Shown: in pieces, positions 132,110-141,956 of the stretch
Position numbering within the stretch: position 1 is the first letter of the stretch
Layout: the number at the start of each line of letters is the position of its first letter
Origin: Hyalangium minutum
Lineage (GTDB): Bacteria > Myxococcota > Myxococcia > Myxococcales > Myxococcaceae
Length of the DNA stretch: 248,000 nt
NCBI RefSeq assembly: GCF_000737315.1
Contig: NZ_JMCB01000002.1
Coordinates: 20,001-268,000 of the forward strand
Direction of reading: 5' to 3'
The notes under the pieces: model-generated
Told to the model about the DNA's origin: nothing
What the model saw: only the letters and a program-made list of their open reading frames with translations
Databases searched by the model: none
Program-made: the position numbers and the translations under genes

Positions 132110-132457
132110 ATGAACCTGGCGCACTGGTGGGCTTCGCGTTGGACGCAGGTGAGAGGGTTGTTCAACAGCAGGGGTTCCTCGCGGACACCTGTCTCGGCAG
132201 GTTCCGGCGAACCGGGGGGTGAGTCGCGCCCCGGCGAGCTGAAAGAGACCTACGGCCGCATCGCTCGCATCGCGACGCATGCGCGGCCGGACGAAGACCG
132301 GAGGATGCAGCTGTGCCGCTGCTCCGTGTGCGGCGTGGTGAAGCTGTGCACGCCTGACAGTGACTTCTACGCGCAGCATGCGTGGGATCCGCTCATGTGC
132401 CAGGACTGCTTCTTCCAACTGGTGGTGGACGTGCAGTGCCGTGGGGTGAAGGCGTAA
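132110..132457 (+). CDS. Small zinc-ribbon protein
   Basis: CSVCG and CQDC. Confidence 0.5.
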   Translation: MNLAHWWASRWTQVRGLFNSRGSSRTPVSAGSGEPGGESRPGELKETYGRIARIATHARPDEDRRMQLCRCSVCGVVKLCTPDSDFYAQHAWDPLMCQDCFFQLVVDVQCRGVKA

Positions 132458-132504
132458 GGAAGACTCCGGGGCTCTTGGGGGCGGTGGGATAGGCTCTCGC
132501 TGCG

Positions 132505-133218
132505 ATGAGCGGTGATTTGGCCAAGAGAAAGTGGCTTCTGGCGGCAGTGGCGCTGGCGGCGTGTGCAACGGCACCGCTGGCAAGTGAGGAGCCGGGCTGC
132601 GAGACGGCTGCGGAAGCTGTGCTCGCCGAGGAGGCCTGTGCGAACCCCAGTCGCCTGATAGCGCTGTGCGCTGGCGAGCAGTGCGGGCTGTACCGGTGCG
132701 AGGAGGTGAAGGAGCACCTGGCTCTGGGGCGCGTGGTGCTGGCGCGCGGGGCGGCTGCGGTGTTGCCTAACCCCGCAGCAGGAGCCCAGCGCAATTGGGG
132801 AAGCGCACAGGAATTGCCGCAGGACACGCGGCCTGTGTTCATCATCCCGTGGAGGCACCGGCCGCCGCTGCTGCCCAGTCAGCAGCAGATGCTGGACGAG
132901 GCGGCGAAGGAGCGGAGAAAGCCCCACGGGCAGCACCACATCTTCCCCAGGATGTTCAAGGGATGGTTCACTGAAAAAGGCATCAACATTGACGAGTACG
133001 TCATCCTCCTGGGGGTGGAGAAACACCGGAGCATCCACCGGGGAGCTAAAGGGGGCCCGTGGAATGACGCATGGGATAGGTTCATCCAAGCGAGGAGGGC
133101 AACGGCGACGAGAGAGGAGATCCACAAATACGCGGGCCAGCTCATTTACGAGTTCGAGCTGTTCGGCCCGGTCATGCGGTTTAAGAGCCCGCCACCTCCA
133201 CTGCCTCCAGGGTATTGA
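132505..133218 (+). CDS. TIGR02269/DUF2380 (SitA6-like) toxin lipoprotein, copy 2
   Basis: Highly similar to copy 1. Confidence 0.85.
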   Translation: MSGDLAKRKWLLAAVALAACATAPLASEEPGCETAAEAVLAEEACANPSRLIALCAGEQCGLYRCEEVKEHLALGRVVLARGAAAVLPNPAAGAQRNWGSAQELPQDTRPVFIIPWRHRPPLLPSQQQMLDEAAKERRKPHGQHHIFPRMFKGWFTEKGINIDEYVILLGVEKHRSIHRGAKGGPWNDAWDRFIQARRATATREEIHKYAGQLIYEFELFGPVMRFKSPPPPLPPGY

Positions 133219-133224
133219 GCAAAC

Positions 133225-133944
133225 ATGAGGTTCTACCTGCTGGATGGTGTCCCGGACCCAAAGTACTCGGGCGGGTACGACTACGGGCACCAATGGGGAC
133301 TGCCCGGGGTGCAATGCTCGGTCTGCAAGGCCACGTGGTCCTCCACGGGAGGTGCCTACCCCTCGGTGGATCTGTCTTATCTTCCGCCCGAGGAGCAAAA
133401 GAAGTACTTGCCGCGAGTCGAGGAGAACTACGAGGAGTTTAAGCGGCTGAAGGAGCAGGTGCGCCCGCTGGTACCTGCCGGTGTACCCCTTTGGCCAGGG
133501 ACCAAGTTTGGTCCCATGAATGGCCGGGCCTGGGGGGAGTTTGGCCCGCTGGTCTTGGCTCACGCGTGGGAGCTGTTGGTGCGGCGCGAGCCTCTGGAGC
133601 GGCTGCAGGCGGAGGGTTTGAGGGGCTTGAAGGGCTGCCGAACGGCGCTGCGCTTTCGCAAGAAGAACCCACCAGAACTGCTGGAGATGGAGCTGCTGCC
133701 CCGGGGCGCGCTTCACCCAGACTGTTTGCCGGAACGCCCCCCGCCTTGTCCCCAATGCGAGCGGGATGGCTTCGATTGGCCGGAGAAACCCCTGCTGAAC
133801 GCGGCCACACTGCCAGAGGACCTGGATGTGTTCCGGTTGGCCAACTTCATGACGATGATCATCGGTACCGAGCGCTTCGTGGAGGCGGTGCGGCGCTTGG
133901 GCTACGAGCAGGACATCGCCTTCAGGGAACTGCCAGCCCGCTGA
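133225..133944 (+). CDS. Double-CXXCG (SitI6-like) immunity protein, copy 2
   Basis: WGLPGVQCSVC; CPQC. Confidence 0.85.
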   Translation: MRFYLLDGVPDPKYSGGYDYGHQWGLPGVQCSVCKATWSSTGGAYPSVDLSYLPPEEQKKYLPRVEENYEEFKRLKEQVRPLVPAGVPLWPGTKFGPMNGRAWGEFGPLVLAHAWELLVRREPLERLQAEGLRGLKGCRTALRFRKKNPPELLEMELLPRGALHPDCLPERPPPCPQCERDGFDWPEKPLLNAATLPEDLDVFRLANFMTMIIGTERFVEAVRRLGYEQDIAFRELPAR

Positions 133945-134002
133945 GCCGCTCGCGCTCCAAACGCTTCTGCGCCTCGCCCAGTCTCGTGCTACCCCTCACC
134001 CC

Positions 134003-134806
134003 ATGATCGCTCCGTTCCTCGCTGCCACCCATGTCACGCCCTTGGGAGAGGGGCGCTACCGCAGCCGCTTCGAGGCCCCCTGGTACCAGGGTCGTGGCGC
134101 CTACGGCGGCGTGGTGGCCGGGCAGATCCTGCGCGCCATGGAGCACGTGGTGGCGGATCCCGACCGTCCGCTGCGCTCGTTCACCGTGCACTTCTGCGCC
134201 CCCGCCACCGAGGGCGAGGCGGAGGTCCGCGTGCGCATCGAGCGCTCCGGCAAGCTCGTCACCCATGCTACCGCCCGCACCGAGAACGCCGCCGGCGTGG
134301 TGTCCTTCGCCACCGCCACCTTCGGCACTCCTCGCCCTACCACCCCTCGCTATCTCGACGCGAAGCGGCCCGTGGCGCCTGCCCCCAGCGAGGTCAGCGT
134401 GGTGCCCGAGGAGGTGCCGATGCCCACCTTCTGCCAGTTCTTCGAGTACCGCTTCTGCGTGGGCTCGGCGCCGTACTCGGCCTCCGAGCCCCGGCTGGGT
134501 GGGTGGATCCGCCCGAAGGGAGAGCCCCTGGCTCTGGACGCCGCGCTCTGTGTGGGGCTGCTGGACGCGTACCCTCCCTCGGTCCTGTGCTCGCTCTCGG
134601 AGCTGCGGCCCGTGGCCAGCGTGGACTTCACCGTCCACTTCTTCCACGCGCTGCCTCGCCCAGGGGACCGGCCAGGCGAGCACTACCTCCGCACGGGCGT
134701 CTCCCGCTGGGCCGGTGAGGGCTTCGCGGAGGACCTCCAGGAGCTGTGGTCCGAAGAGGGAGAGCTGATCGCCCAGTGCCGCCAGTGCATCGCCGTGCTT
134801 GGCTGA
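134003..134806 (+). CDS. Acyl-CoA thioesterase-like (double hotdog) protein
   Basis: QGRGAYGG; SVDFTVHF. Confidence 0.85.
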   Translation: MIAPFLAATHVTPLGEGRYRSRFEAPWYQGRGAYGGVVAGQILRAMEHVVADPDRPLRSFTVHFCAPATEGEAEVRVRIERSGKLVTHATARTENAAGVVSFATATFGTPRPTTPRYLDAKRPVAPAPSEVSVVPEEVPMPTFCQFFEYRFCVGSAPYSASEPRLGGWIRPKGEPLALDAALCVGLLDAYPPSVLCSLSELRPVASVDFTVHFFHALPRPGDRPGEHYLRTGVSRWAGEGFAEDLQELWSEEGELIAQCRQCIAVLG

Positions 134807-134845
134807 ATCCCCTCGGAGCTTCCTGGCGACTTTTGTACACCGGGG

Positions 134846-137800
134846 GTGAGTTCGTATGCTCACGGCGTGAGTCCGACGAGTTCCATGCATCCGGAGTACG
134901 AGGACGAGCTGCACCTCGCCCTGGTGGAGGGAGTGCTGTCCCGGGATCAGGTCGAGCCCCTGCGCGCGGAGGTGGTTCGCCTGGGCCGGAGCCCTCTGGA
135001 CCTGTTGATGGAGCGCGGCCAGCTCTCCCCCGAGACGCTCTCCTCCCTGCGAGGCGAGCTCCACCGCCAGGCCCCACCCGCCGTTGCGGGCCAGCCGCAG
135101 GAGCCCGCCACCCAGAAGCCCGGAGCTGCTTCCCAGGCGGACTCCTCCTCCGAGCCCGTCTTCCCCCTGCGGAACTGGGACCGCTACCAGCCCGTGCGCT
135201 TCCTGGGGCAGGGCGGCATGGGCCAGGTGTTCCTCGCGTACGACCCGCGCCTGCGCCGCAACGTGGCCATCAAGTTCGTGCGCGAGGGCAGCCCCGAGCT
135301 CGCCCAGCGCTTCCTCTCCGAGGCCCGCGCCCAGGCCCGCGTCCAGCACCAGCGCGTCTGTGAGATGTACGAGGTCGGCGAGGCTCAGAGCCGCGCGTAC
135401 ATCGCCATGCAGTACGTGGAGGGGCGCTCGCTCGGCCAGCTCGCGCCCGAGCTCACGCTGGAGCAGAAGATCCTCGTGATGCGCGATGTCTGCGAGGGTG
135501 TGCACGCCGCTCACCGTGCGGGGCTGATTCACCGCGACCTGAAGCCCTCCAACGTCCTGGTAGAGCGCACCGAGGACGGAGGCCTCAAGCCCTACGTCAT
135601 GGACTTCGGCCTCGCGCGGGACTGGCAGGGCGAGAACACCGCCACGGGCTCGGTGCTGGGCACTCCCCACTACATGGCGCCCGAGCAGGCCCGGGGCGAG
135701 GTGTCCCAGCTGGACCGGCGCGTGGACGTCTACAGCCTGGGCGCCACACTCTACCAAGTGCTCACGGGCCAGCCTCCCTTCGCTGGCCTCAACGCCCTGG
135801 AGATCGTGAGCCGGATCCAGACCGAGGAGCCGCCGTCTCCGCGCACGCTCGTGCCGGATCTGCCGGTCGACCTGGAGGCCATCGTCCTCAAGTGCCTCGA
135901 GAAGGACCGCGCGGCGCGGTACGACTCGGCGCGCGCCCTGGCCGAGGACTTGGAGCGGTTCCTCTCAGGCGAGCCCGTCCTGGCGAGTTCCGCGGGGCCG
136001 CTGTACCGGCTGCGCAAGAAGGTCCGCAAGCACCGCGTCCTGGTGGCTGTCGGCACCGCGGCCACGCTGGTGCTGGGCGTCGCCGTGGGACAGGCCGCCC
136101 TGGCCCGCCGCGAGGTGGTGGAGCGTGAGCGCCTCTCCCGCAGCTTCACCGAGAGGGTGGAGCGCATCGAGGCCATGTCCCGCTACTCCTCCATGGCGCC
136201 GCTGCACGACACCACCGCCGACCGTCAGGCCATCCGCCAGCAGATGGAGGAACTGGAGGCCGAGGTCCACGCGGGCGGCGCTCAGGCCGAGGGGCCCGGC
136301 GACTACGCCGTGGGCCGTGCACTCTTCGCGCTCGGGGATGCCGAGGGGGCGCGCACCCAGCTCGAGGCCGCATGGCAGAGTGGCTTCCGCGAGGCGCGCG
136401 TGGCCTATGCCCTGGCGCTGGCGCTTGGGCAGCTCTACCAGGAGCAGCTCCTGGAGGTGGAGCGCCTGCGCAGTGCCCCGCAGCGCGAGGCCCGCCGCCG
136501 CGAGCTCGAGCAGCGCTACCGCGATCCCGCCCTCGGCTACTTGAAGCAGAGCGTGCAGAGCGGTGGCGCGGAGGTTCCCTCCACCGAGTACGTCACGGCG
136601 CTCATGGCCTTCTACGAGGGCCGCTACGAGGACGCCCTGACGCACCTGGAGAAGATGGGCACCCTCAACCCCTGGTTCTACGAAGCGCCCCTGCTCCGTG
136701 GGGACATCCTCCAGGCCCGTGCCAGCCGCAGGTTGTACCAGGGTGACCGCGCCGGAGCGCTGTCTGATCTGGAGACGGCCGGGCAGGCCCAGGCCCTTGC
136801 CGCCGACATCGGCGAGAGCGAGTTCGCCGTCTACCACGCCATGGCGCGGCTGCAGCTCACCGCGCTGACCCTGGAGCTCTACGGCCAGGGCGAGGTGCGG
136901 CCTCATTATGAGAAGGGCCTGGAAGCGCTCTCCCGCGCGCTCACCGTCATACCGGATCACTTCAAAGCCCGGCTGCTGGAGTCCCGCCTCCACCGCCGGA
137001 TGGTGGATCAGCTGACGCAGCAAGGCGCCGAGGTGTTGCCGCTGCTGGAGAAGGCCCTCGCCGCCTCACGCACCGCCGCGGCGCTCGCGCCCAGCCAACC
137101 GCAGGTCCACACCGAGCTGGCTTTCGTCTTCCGCCGCTGGGCGCTCTACCGCCAGAGCCGGGGCGAGGATCCGTCCGAGCAGCTGCGCGAGGCCGCCGCA
137201 GCCCTCGAGCGCATCCGCCCGGAAGAGCGGAACTCCTCGTTCCACAGCGAGATGGGGAACATCTTCAAGGTGTGGGCCGACGCCGAGGAGCAATCCGGCA
137301 AGGACTCCCTCGAGCACCGCGGACAGGCCATCGACGCATACCGTGCGGCCCTCCAGCTGGATGCGAGCCAGGCAGAGACCTGGAGCAGCCTGGGTACCGC
137401 CTACTTCAAGCGGGGCACGAGCCCGCACCCCCGTGATGCCGATGGCGACCTGGAGCAGGCCTGGACCGCGCTCGAGCGTGCGCAGAGCATCGACCCGGGC
137501 AACTACGTCCACTACTTCTATGGAGGGCAGGTGCAGGAGTGGCGGGCCCGCCGGAAGTACAACCGTGGCCGCGGAGTGGAGCCGGAGCTGGAGCAGGCCC
137601 TGGCGCAGTACCGCAAGGGGCTGGCCATCAACAGCAAGCTGCCTCAGTTCCACAACCTCCTGGGCGGAGCGCTGCTGTGGAGGGCGGAGCTGACGTGGGA
137701 AGAGGGCGGTGACGCCTCCCTGTGGCTCGATCAGGCCCAGCCCGCCTTCGAGCAAGCCCGCACCGTGGCCCCTCAGCAGGCCTTCGCGTACAACGGATTG

Positions 137801-138514
137801 GGCGAGGTGCATGCGTGGCGGGCGTTGTTCCAGCTCCGCGCGAAGCAGGATCCCCTCCCCAGTGGCCGCGCGGCCCTCGAGGCCTACCAACAGGCCCTCG
137901 ACCGGGCTCCTCGCAACGCGCAGTCCTGGACCAACATGGCCAAGGTCCGTGTCTCCCTGGCCCTCTGGGCGCTGGAGCAAGGCAGAGACCCTGGGCCCGA
138001 GCTCGATCGGGCCACGGAGGCGCTGCGCCAGGCGCTCAGCATCAACCCGCGCATGGCGAACGCCCTGCGCTACCAGGGCGAGACACTCGGAATCCGTGCG
138101 CGCTGGCTGGCGCGCCAGGGCCAAGGGCGCCAGGGGGACTTCGAAGCCGCCGCCACCGCCCTCCAGCAGGCCATTGGCGCGGATCCCGAATGGCAGGAGT
138201 ACCGCCTCTCCGCGGCCATGCTCCACCGCGAGTGGGGGAAATGGCTGGCGGCCACGGGGAGCGATCCCACCCCGGTGCTGAGGCAGGGGCTGGCCTGGAT
138301 CGACGAGTCGCTGGCTTCCCGTCCCAAGTGGGCCCACGCCCGAGCTGTCCGGGCCCGCCTGCTTCTGGCGCTGGCGGAGACCTCGGTGGAGCCTCCGCAG
138401 CAGCAGGCCTGGAAGAGCGAGGCCCGGAAGGAGCTGGAACAGGCGCTCGCCAGCAATCCCCACCTCGTGAGCGAGTGGGGCCAGAGCCTCGTCTCACGAG
138501 GTCTCACGCCCTAG
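134846..138514 (+). CDS. Ser/Thr kinase with long TPR region
   Basis: GQGGMG; HRDLKPSN; DFG; TPRs. Confidence 0.92.
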   Translation: MSSYAHGVSPTSSMHPEYEDELHLALVEGVLSRDQVEPLRAEVVRLGRSPLDLLMERGQLSPETLSSLRGELHRQAPPAVAGQPQEPATQKPGAASQADSSSEPVFPLRNWDRYQPVRFLGQGGMGQVFLAYDPRLRRNVAIKFVREGSPELAQRFLSEARAQARVQHQRVCEMYEVGEAQSRAYIAMQYVEGRSLGQLAPELTLEQKILVMRDVCEGVHAAHRAGLIHRDLKPSNVLVERTEDGGLKPYVMDFGLARDWQGENTATGSVLGTPHYMAPEQARGEVSQLDRRVDVYSLGATLYQVLTGQPPFAGLNALEIVSRIQTEEPPSPRTLVPDLPVDLEAIVLKCLEKDRAARYDSARALAEDLERFLSGEPVLASSAGPLYRLRKKVRKHRVLVAVGTAATLVLGVAVGQAALARREVVERERLSRSFTERVERIEAMSRYSSMAPLHDTTADRQAIRQQMEELEAEVHAGGAQAEGPGDYAVGRALFALGDAEGARTQLEAAWQSGFREARVAYALALALGQLYQEQLLEVERLRSAPQREARRRELEQRYRDPALGYLKQSVQSGGAEVPSTEYVTALMAFYEGRYEDALTHLEKMGTLNPWFYEAPLLRGDILQARASRRLYQGDRAGALSDLETAGQAQALAADIGESEFAVYHAMARLQLTALTLELYGQGEVRPHYEKGLEALSRALTVIPDHFKARLLESRLHRRMVDQLTQQGAEVLPLLEKALAASRTAAALAPSQPQVHTELAFVFRRWALYRQSRGEDPSEQLREAAAALERIRPEERNSSFHSEMGNIFKVWADAEEQSGKDSLEHRGQAIDAYRAALQLDASQAETWSSLGTAYFKRGTSPHPRDADGDLEQAWTALERAQSIDPGNYVHYFYGGQVQEWRARRKYNRGRGVEPELEQALAQYRKGLAINSKLPQFHNLLGGALLWRAELTWEEGGDASLWLDQAQPAFEQARTVAPQQAFAYNGLGEVHAWRALFQLRAKQDPLPSGRAALEAYQQALDRAPRNAQSWTNMAKVRVSLALWALEQGRDPGPELDRATEALRQALSINPRMANALRYQGETLGIRARWLARQGQGRQGDFEAAATALQQAIGADPEWQEYRLSAAMLHREWGKWLAATGSDPTPVLRQGLAWIDESLASRPKWAHARAVRARLLLALAETSVEPPQQQAWKSEARKELEQALASNPHLVSEWGQSLVSRGLTP

Positions 138515-138527
138515 CCGCCGGGACGGC

Positions 138528-138872
138528 TTACTTCCCCTTGGGCTTGGGCGGGTCTCGCGTCACCTCCAGGTCCCCGGCCGTCGCGGTGGGGGGCTCGGGA
138601 TTCGTGCTCACCAGCTCTGTGACGTCGAAGGGATAATGCCCGTCGGCCCACTCGGCGACGTAGTAGGTCTTCGAAGACTTGTCCGGGTCGGAGCCGTCCA
138701 AGACGAACAAACTGGTCTGGCCGACGAAGGGAGAGTTCGAGTCGAAGTCCACGTTGACCTTATCCGTCCGGCCATCCATCTCGAAGGTGACCTCGTACCC
138801 CGGCTTCACGACGGGAGGATCAGGGACATAGCCAATGCCGCTGGATTTGATCTTGACGTGTTGGGTGGTCAT
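138528..138872 (-). CDS. Small beta-sandwich protein (cupredoxin-like)
   Basis: PPVVKPGYEVTF; GHYPF. Confidence 0.55.
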   Translation of the reverse strand: MTTQHVKIKSSGIGYVPDPPVVKPGYEVTFEMDGRTDKVNVDFDSNSPFVGQTSLFVLDGSDPDKSSKTYYVAEWADGHYPFDVTELVSTNPEPPTATAGDLEVTRDPPKPKGK

Positions 138873-138940
138873 ACAAGGACCTCTGCTCGTTCCGAGCTGA
138901 TGGGGTGCAAGTCTCATTCGCGAGACGCAGGTAGTATCGT

Positions 138941-138956
138941 TGCACTGCCTGTGCCA
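138941..138956 (-). promoter_or_regulatory. Sigma-54 (-24/-12) promoter
   Basis: TGGCACAGGCAGTGCA on minus strand, GG-N10-GC spacing, about 70 bp upstream of 138872. Confidence 0.6.
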
Positions 138957-139054
138957 GAGAAGGATGTCGCACGCGCGAAACATCGAAGGCGCGCAGGTGG
139001 CGTGTCAAGCCGCAGCGCCGACGTGTCAGTGGGCCGCGCTGATCTGTCACCCGC

Positions 139055-140692
139055 TCAGGACTCGGTGAGCCCCAGCTCCCGGATGCGGCGCTGGAGACCG
139101 CGCTTGGAGACCTCGAGCCGCTGCACCATGGCGTCCAGGTCTCCTTTGCACTCGCGGAAGCAGCGGGTGATCTCCTCGGTGCTCAGGTCTCCCACAGTCC
139201 GCAGGCTGGGGCTCCGGTCGATCAGCATGTAGAGCGAGGGGCGGGTGATGCCCAGCCGCTCGGCGGCGGCCTTGATGTCCCACGCGGTACCTCGCAGGGC
139301 CTCCAGCAGCTCCGTGTCCGTCACATCGGACGGCTTGCGCCGGGAGGGAGCGGGCTCCTGCGCAGCGGCCGGCCTCTGCGGTGCCGGGGAGGCCAAGGGA
139401 ATGGAGCGCTTCGGGATGGGCGAGGCAGCGGCATCCAGCTCCTGCTCGATGCGCGGGGTGGCCTGCAGCCCCGGGAGCCCCCGGCTTCCGATGACGATCT
139501 GCCGCGTGAGGTTGCGCAGCTGGCGGACGTTGCCGGGCCAGGAGAAGCGCACCATTCGCACCGCCAGCGCGGGAGGCAGCCACGGCTCGCTCTGCGAGGC
139601 GGAGTCCAAGCGGTGGGCCTCGCCCAGTGCCGCCAGTTCCTCTCGCGCGAAGTGGTGGAAGAGCACGCCGATGTCGTCCCGGCGGTCCCTCAGCGGAGGC
139701 ACTTGGATTTCGTAGCCGGCCAGCCGGTGCAGCAGCGGGGCCTTGAAGAGATCCTGCCGGATGCGGTCCTCCAGGTCGGCATCCGTGGCGGTGATCAGCC
139801 GCACGTCCACGGACACGGGCGCGTGGCCGCCCACCGGGTAGACCTCGCCCGTCTCCAGCACGCGCAGCAGCAGCACCTGGACCTCGGGCGGGGCCTCGCC
139901 CACCTCATCCAGGAAGAGGGTGCCTCCGTGGGCTGCGCGGAAGAAGCCCTCGCGATCCTGGGTGGAGCCGGTATAGGCGCCCTTTCGTGCGCCGAAGAGC
140001 TCGGCTGCGGCCAGCTCCTTGGGCAGCGCGCCCAGGTTGACGCTGATGAAGGGCCCCGCGCGCCGGGGGCTGCGCATGTGGATGGCGCGCGCCACCAGCT
140101 CCTTGCCCGAGCCAGTCTCTCCTCGGATGAGGACGGGCACCTTGAGATCCGCCACGCGGGTGCTGTCCTCGCGCACCCGGCGGGTGCTGGCGCTGTTGCC
140201 CACCATGCCCAGATCGTCCGGAATGTCTGGCTCGATGGAGGGCGCCAGGTGGAGCAGCAGCACGATGCGCTCGGCCAGCACGAGCGGAATGCCGGCGGCC
140301 AGCTCCTCGGCACTGAACTCCCGGGCGCCGACGAGCGGCTCATGCACCACGCGCACCTGCGTGCCGCCCTCCTCCACGCGCAGCCGAATCCCTCCGGTCT
140401 CCGTGCGCTCGAACACGAGGGGCTTGCGGCTGAGGAAGGTGTCCGCCAGGGGCATGCCCAGGGGCCCACCCGGGCGGACGAAGTCCGGCCCCACGCGCGA
140501 TACGGACACGCTGCCCCCCGAACTCAGGGAGCCCAGGAGCAGCCGCTCTCCCGCGCGGTGGGGCGTCGGGTGGGAGACGATGGTCAGAGCTGGCACGGGA
140601 CGCGACACCTGCTCCGAAGAGCGGGTGGGCGTGGCGGCCGTCGAGATGTCTGCAAACTTCTTTTCCTGCATGAGCGCCTGCTTCGGGGGCAT
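139055..140692 (-). CDS. Sigma-54-dependent enhancer-binding protein with FHA-like N-terminus
   Basis: GETGSGKE; GAYTGS; FLDEVGE; WPGNVRQL; HTH. Confidence 0.9.
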   Translation of the reverse strand: MPPKQALMQEKKFADISTAATPTRSSEQVSRPVPALTIVSHPTPHRAGERLLLGSLSSGGSVSVSRVGPDFVRPGGPLGMPLADTFLSRKPLVFERTETGGIRLRVEEGGTQVRVVHEPLVGAREFSAEELAAGIPLVLAERIVLLLHLAPSIEPDIPDDLGMVGNSASTRRVREDSTRVADLKVPVLIRGETGSGKELVARAIHMRSPRRAGPFISVNLGALPKELAAAELFGARKGAYTGSTQDREGFFRAAHGGTLFLDEVGEAPPEVQVLLLRVLETGEVYPVGGHAPVSVDVRLITATDADLEDRIRQDLFKAPLLHRLAGYEIQVPPLRDRRDDIGVLFHHFAREELAALGEAHRLDSASQSEPWLPPALAVRMVRFSWPGNVRQLRNLTRQIVIGSRGLPGLQATPRIEQELDAAASPIPKRSIPLASPAPQRPAAAQEPAPSRRKPSDVTDTELLEALRGTAWDIKAAAERLGITRPSLYMLIDRSPSLRTVGDLSTEEITRCFRECKGDLDAMVQRLEVSKRGLQRRIRELGLTES

Positions 140693-140774
140693 GACTGCGA
140701 GGACACAGCGAGTGTAGCGCCTCTTGGTGCTACATAGAGCGTGATAGCCCCGGGCGCGATAGGCTGCATGCAGG

Positions 140775-141758
140775 ATGAGTGAGACCCGCGAGTTGCGAGC
140801 CAGGCTCGAGGAGACTCAGGCAGAGCTTCGCCGCACGAGGGATCACCTGGAGAAGCTGCGGGCGCACCAAGCTCGGGAGCGGCAGTTTCTGCAGCAAGAG
140901 CTGGAGCAGGCGCGGCACGAGGTAAGCGGGCTGAGAGGACGCCTCGAGGCCTTGGAGCGCTTCGAGAACGAGCCCTCGCCGTCCTCGGACGAGAATCAGC
141001 CCGAGCCCGTAGCGGTGGAGCGCTCGGCCACCGCGCTCGTGGCGCTCGCCCGGAGCCCCGAGACAGGCCTCACGCCTCTCGCCATCTCCACGCTCGCCCG
141101 GCTCTTGAACGTGGCACCCGTCGACGTGCGGCTGCGCCTGGCATCGCCGCTCCCGGCGGCGCTGGCCCGGTTGCCGCTCGCTCAGGCCGAGGAACTCCGT
141201 GTCTCGCTCCGGGAGGAAGGCTTCCTCGCGGTCATCCATGAGGTGTCACCCGCCCTTCCGAGGAAGTGGGTGCGTGTGAAGCGGTTCGCGCTCGAAGAGG
141301 AGGGCCTGCGGGTGGAGAACCCGAACCGCGAGAGCTTCCCGGTGCGCTACGCGGAGCTGCGCCTGTTGATGCGGGGGCGCAGGACCACCACCCACGTCGA
141401 GACGAAGCAGGAGGTGGACTACGAAGTCCACCAGCAGCGCTACCGCCGGACGCCGAAAGAGGTGGAGGAGAAGCGCCAGACGGTGGAGAACTTCCTCTGG
141501 GTGATGGGCAAGGGCTTCCGGGCCATCTTCAACGAATCCACCCAGTTCACGGGCCTGGGCGCGCTGCGCACCTTCACCGTGCACGAGAACCTCCAGCGCC
141601 TGATGGCCGAGCTCCACCAGCGCGCGCCTCACGTGGCGCGGGACGAGCGCTTCGTGCAGCAGTCCCGCTTCGTCATGCCGCTCGTGGATCCGGGCCGTGG
141701 CCAGGAGCTGTTGGCCGAGGTGCTGCTCCAGGCGGTGGAGGAGGGGCTCTGGTCATGA
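140775..141758 (+). CDS. Coiled-coil hypothetical protein
   Basis: ORF. Confidence 0.6.
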   Translation: MSETRELRARLEETQAELRRTRDHLEKLRAHQARERQFLQQELEQARHEVSGLRGRLEALERFENEPSPSSDENQPEPVAVERSATALVALARSPETGLTPLAISTLARLLNVAPVDVRLRLASPLPAALARLPLAQAEELRVSLREEGFLAVIHEVSPALPRKWVRVKRFALEEEGLRVENPNRESFPVRYAELRLLMRGRRTTTHVETKQEVDYEVHQQRYRRTPKEVEEKRQTVENFLWVMGKGFRAIFNESTQFTGLGALRTFTVHENLQRLMAELHQRAPHVARDERFVQQSRFVMPLVDPGRGQELLAEVLLQAVEEGLWS

Positions 141759-141952
141759 GCGAGGCGCGCGAGCTGAGCGACAAGCTCAACCAGGTGCGGG
141801 AGGAACTGCGCCAGACGCGGGAGCAACTGGACAAGCTCCGGACGCAGCACGCGCGCGAGCAGCAGGCCCTGCAGCAGTCGCTGGAGGAGGCGCGGCGGGA
141901 GGCGGAGCGGCTGCGTGCGCGTGTCAAGAAGGCCGAGGAGCGCGTAAAGTAG
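141755..141952 (+). CDS. Small coiled-coil protein similar to the N-terminus of the upstream gene
   Basis: MSEARELSDKL vs MSETRELRARL. Confidence 0.55.
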   Translation: MSEARELSDKLNQVREELRQTREQLDKLRTQHAREQQALQQSLEEARREAERLRARVKKAEERVK

Positions 141953-141956
141953 GGCC

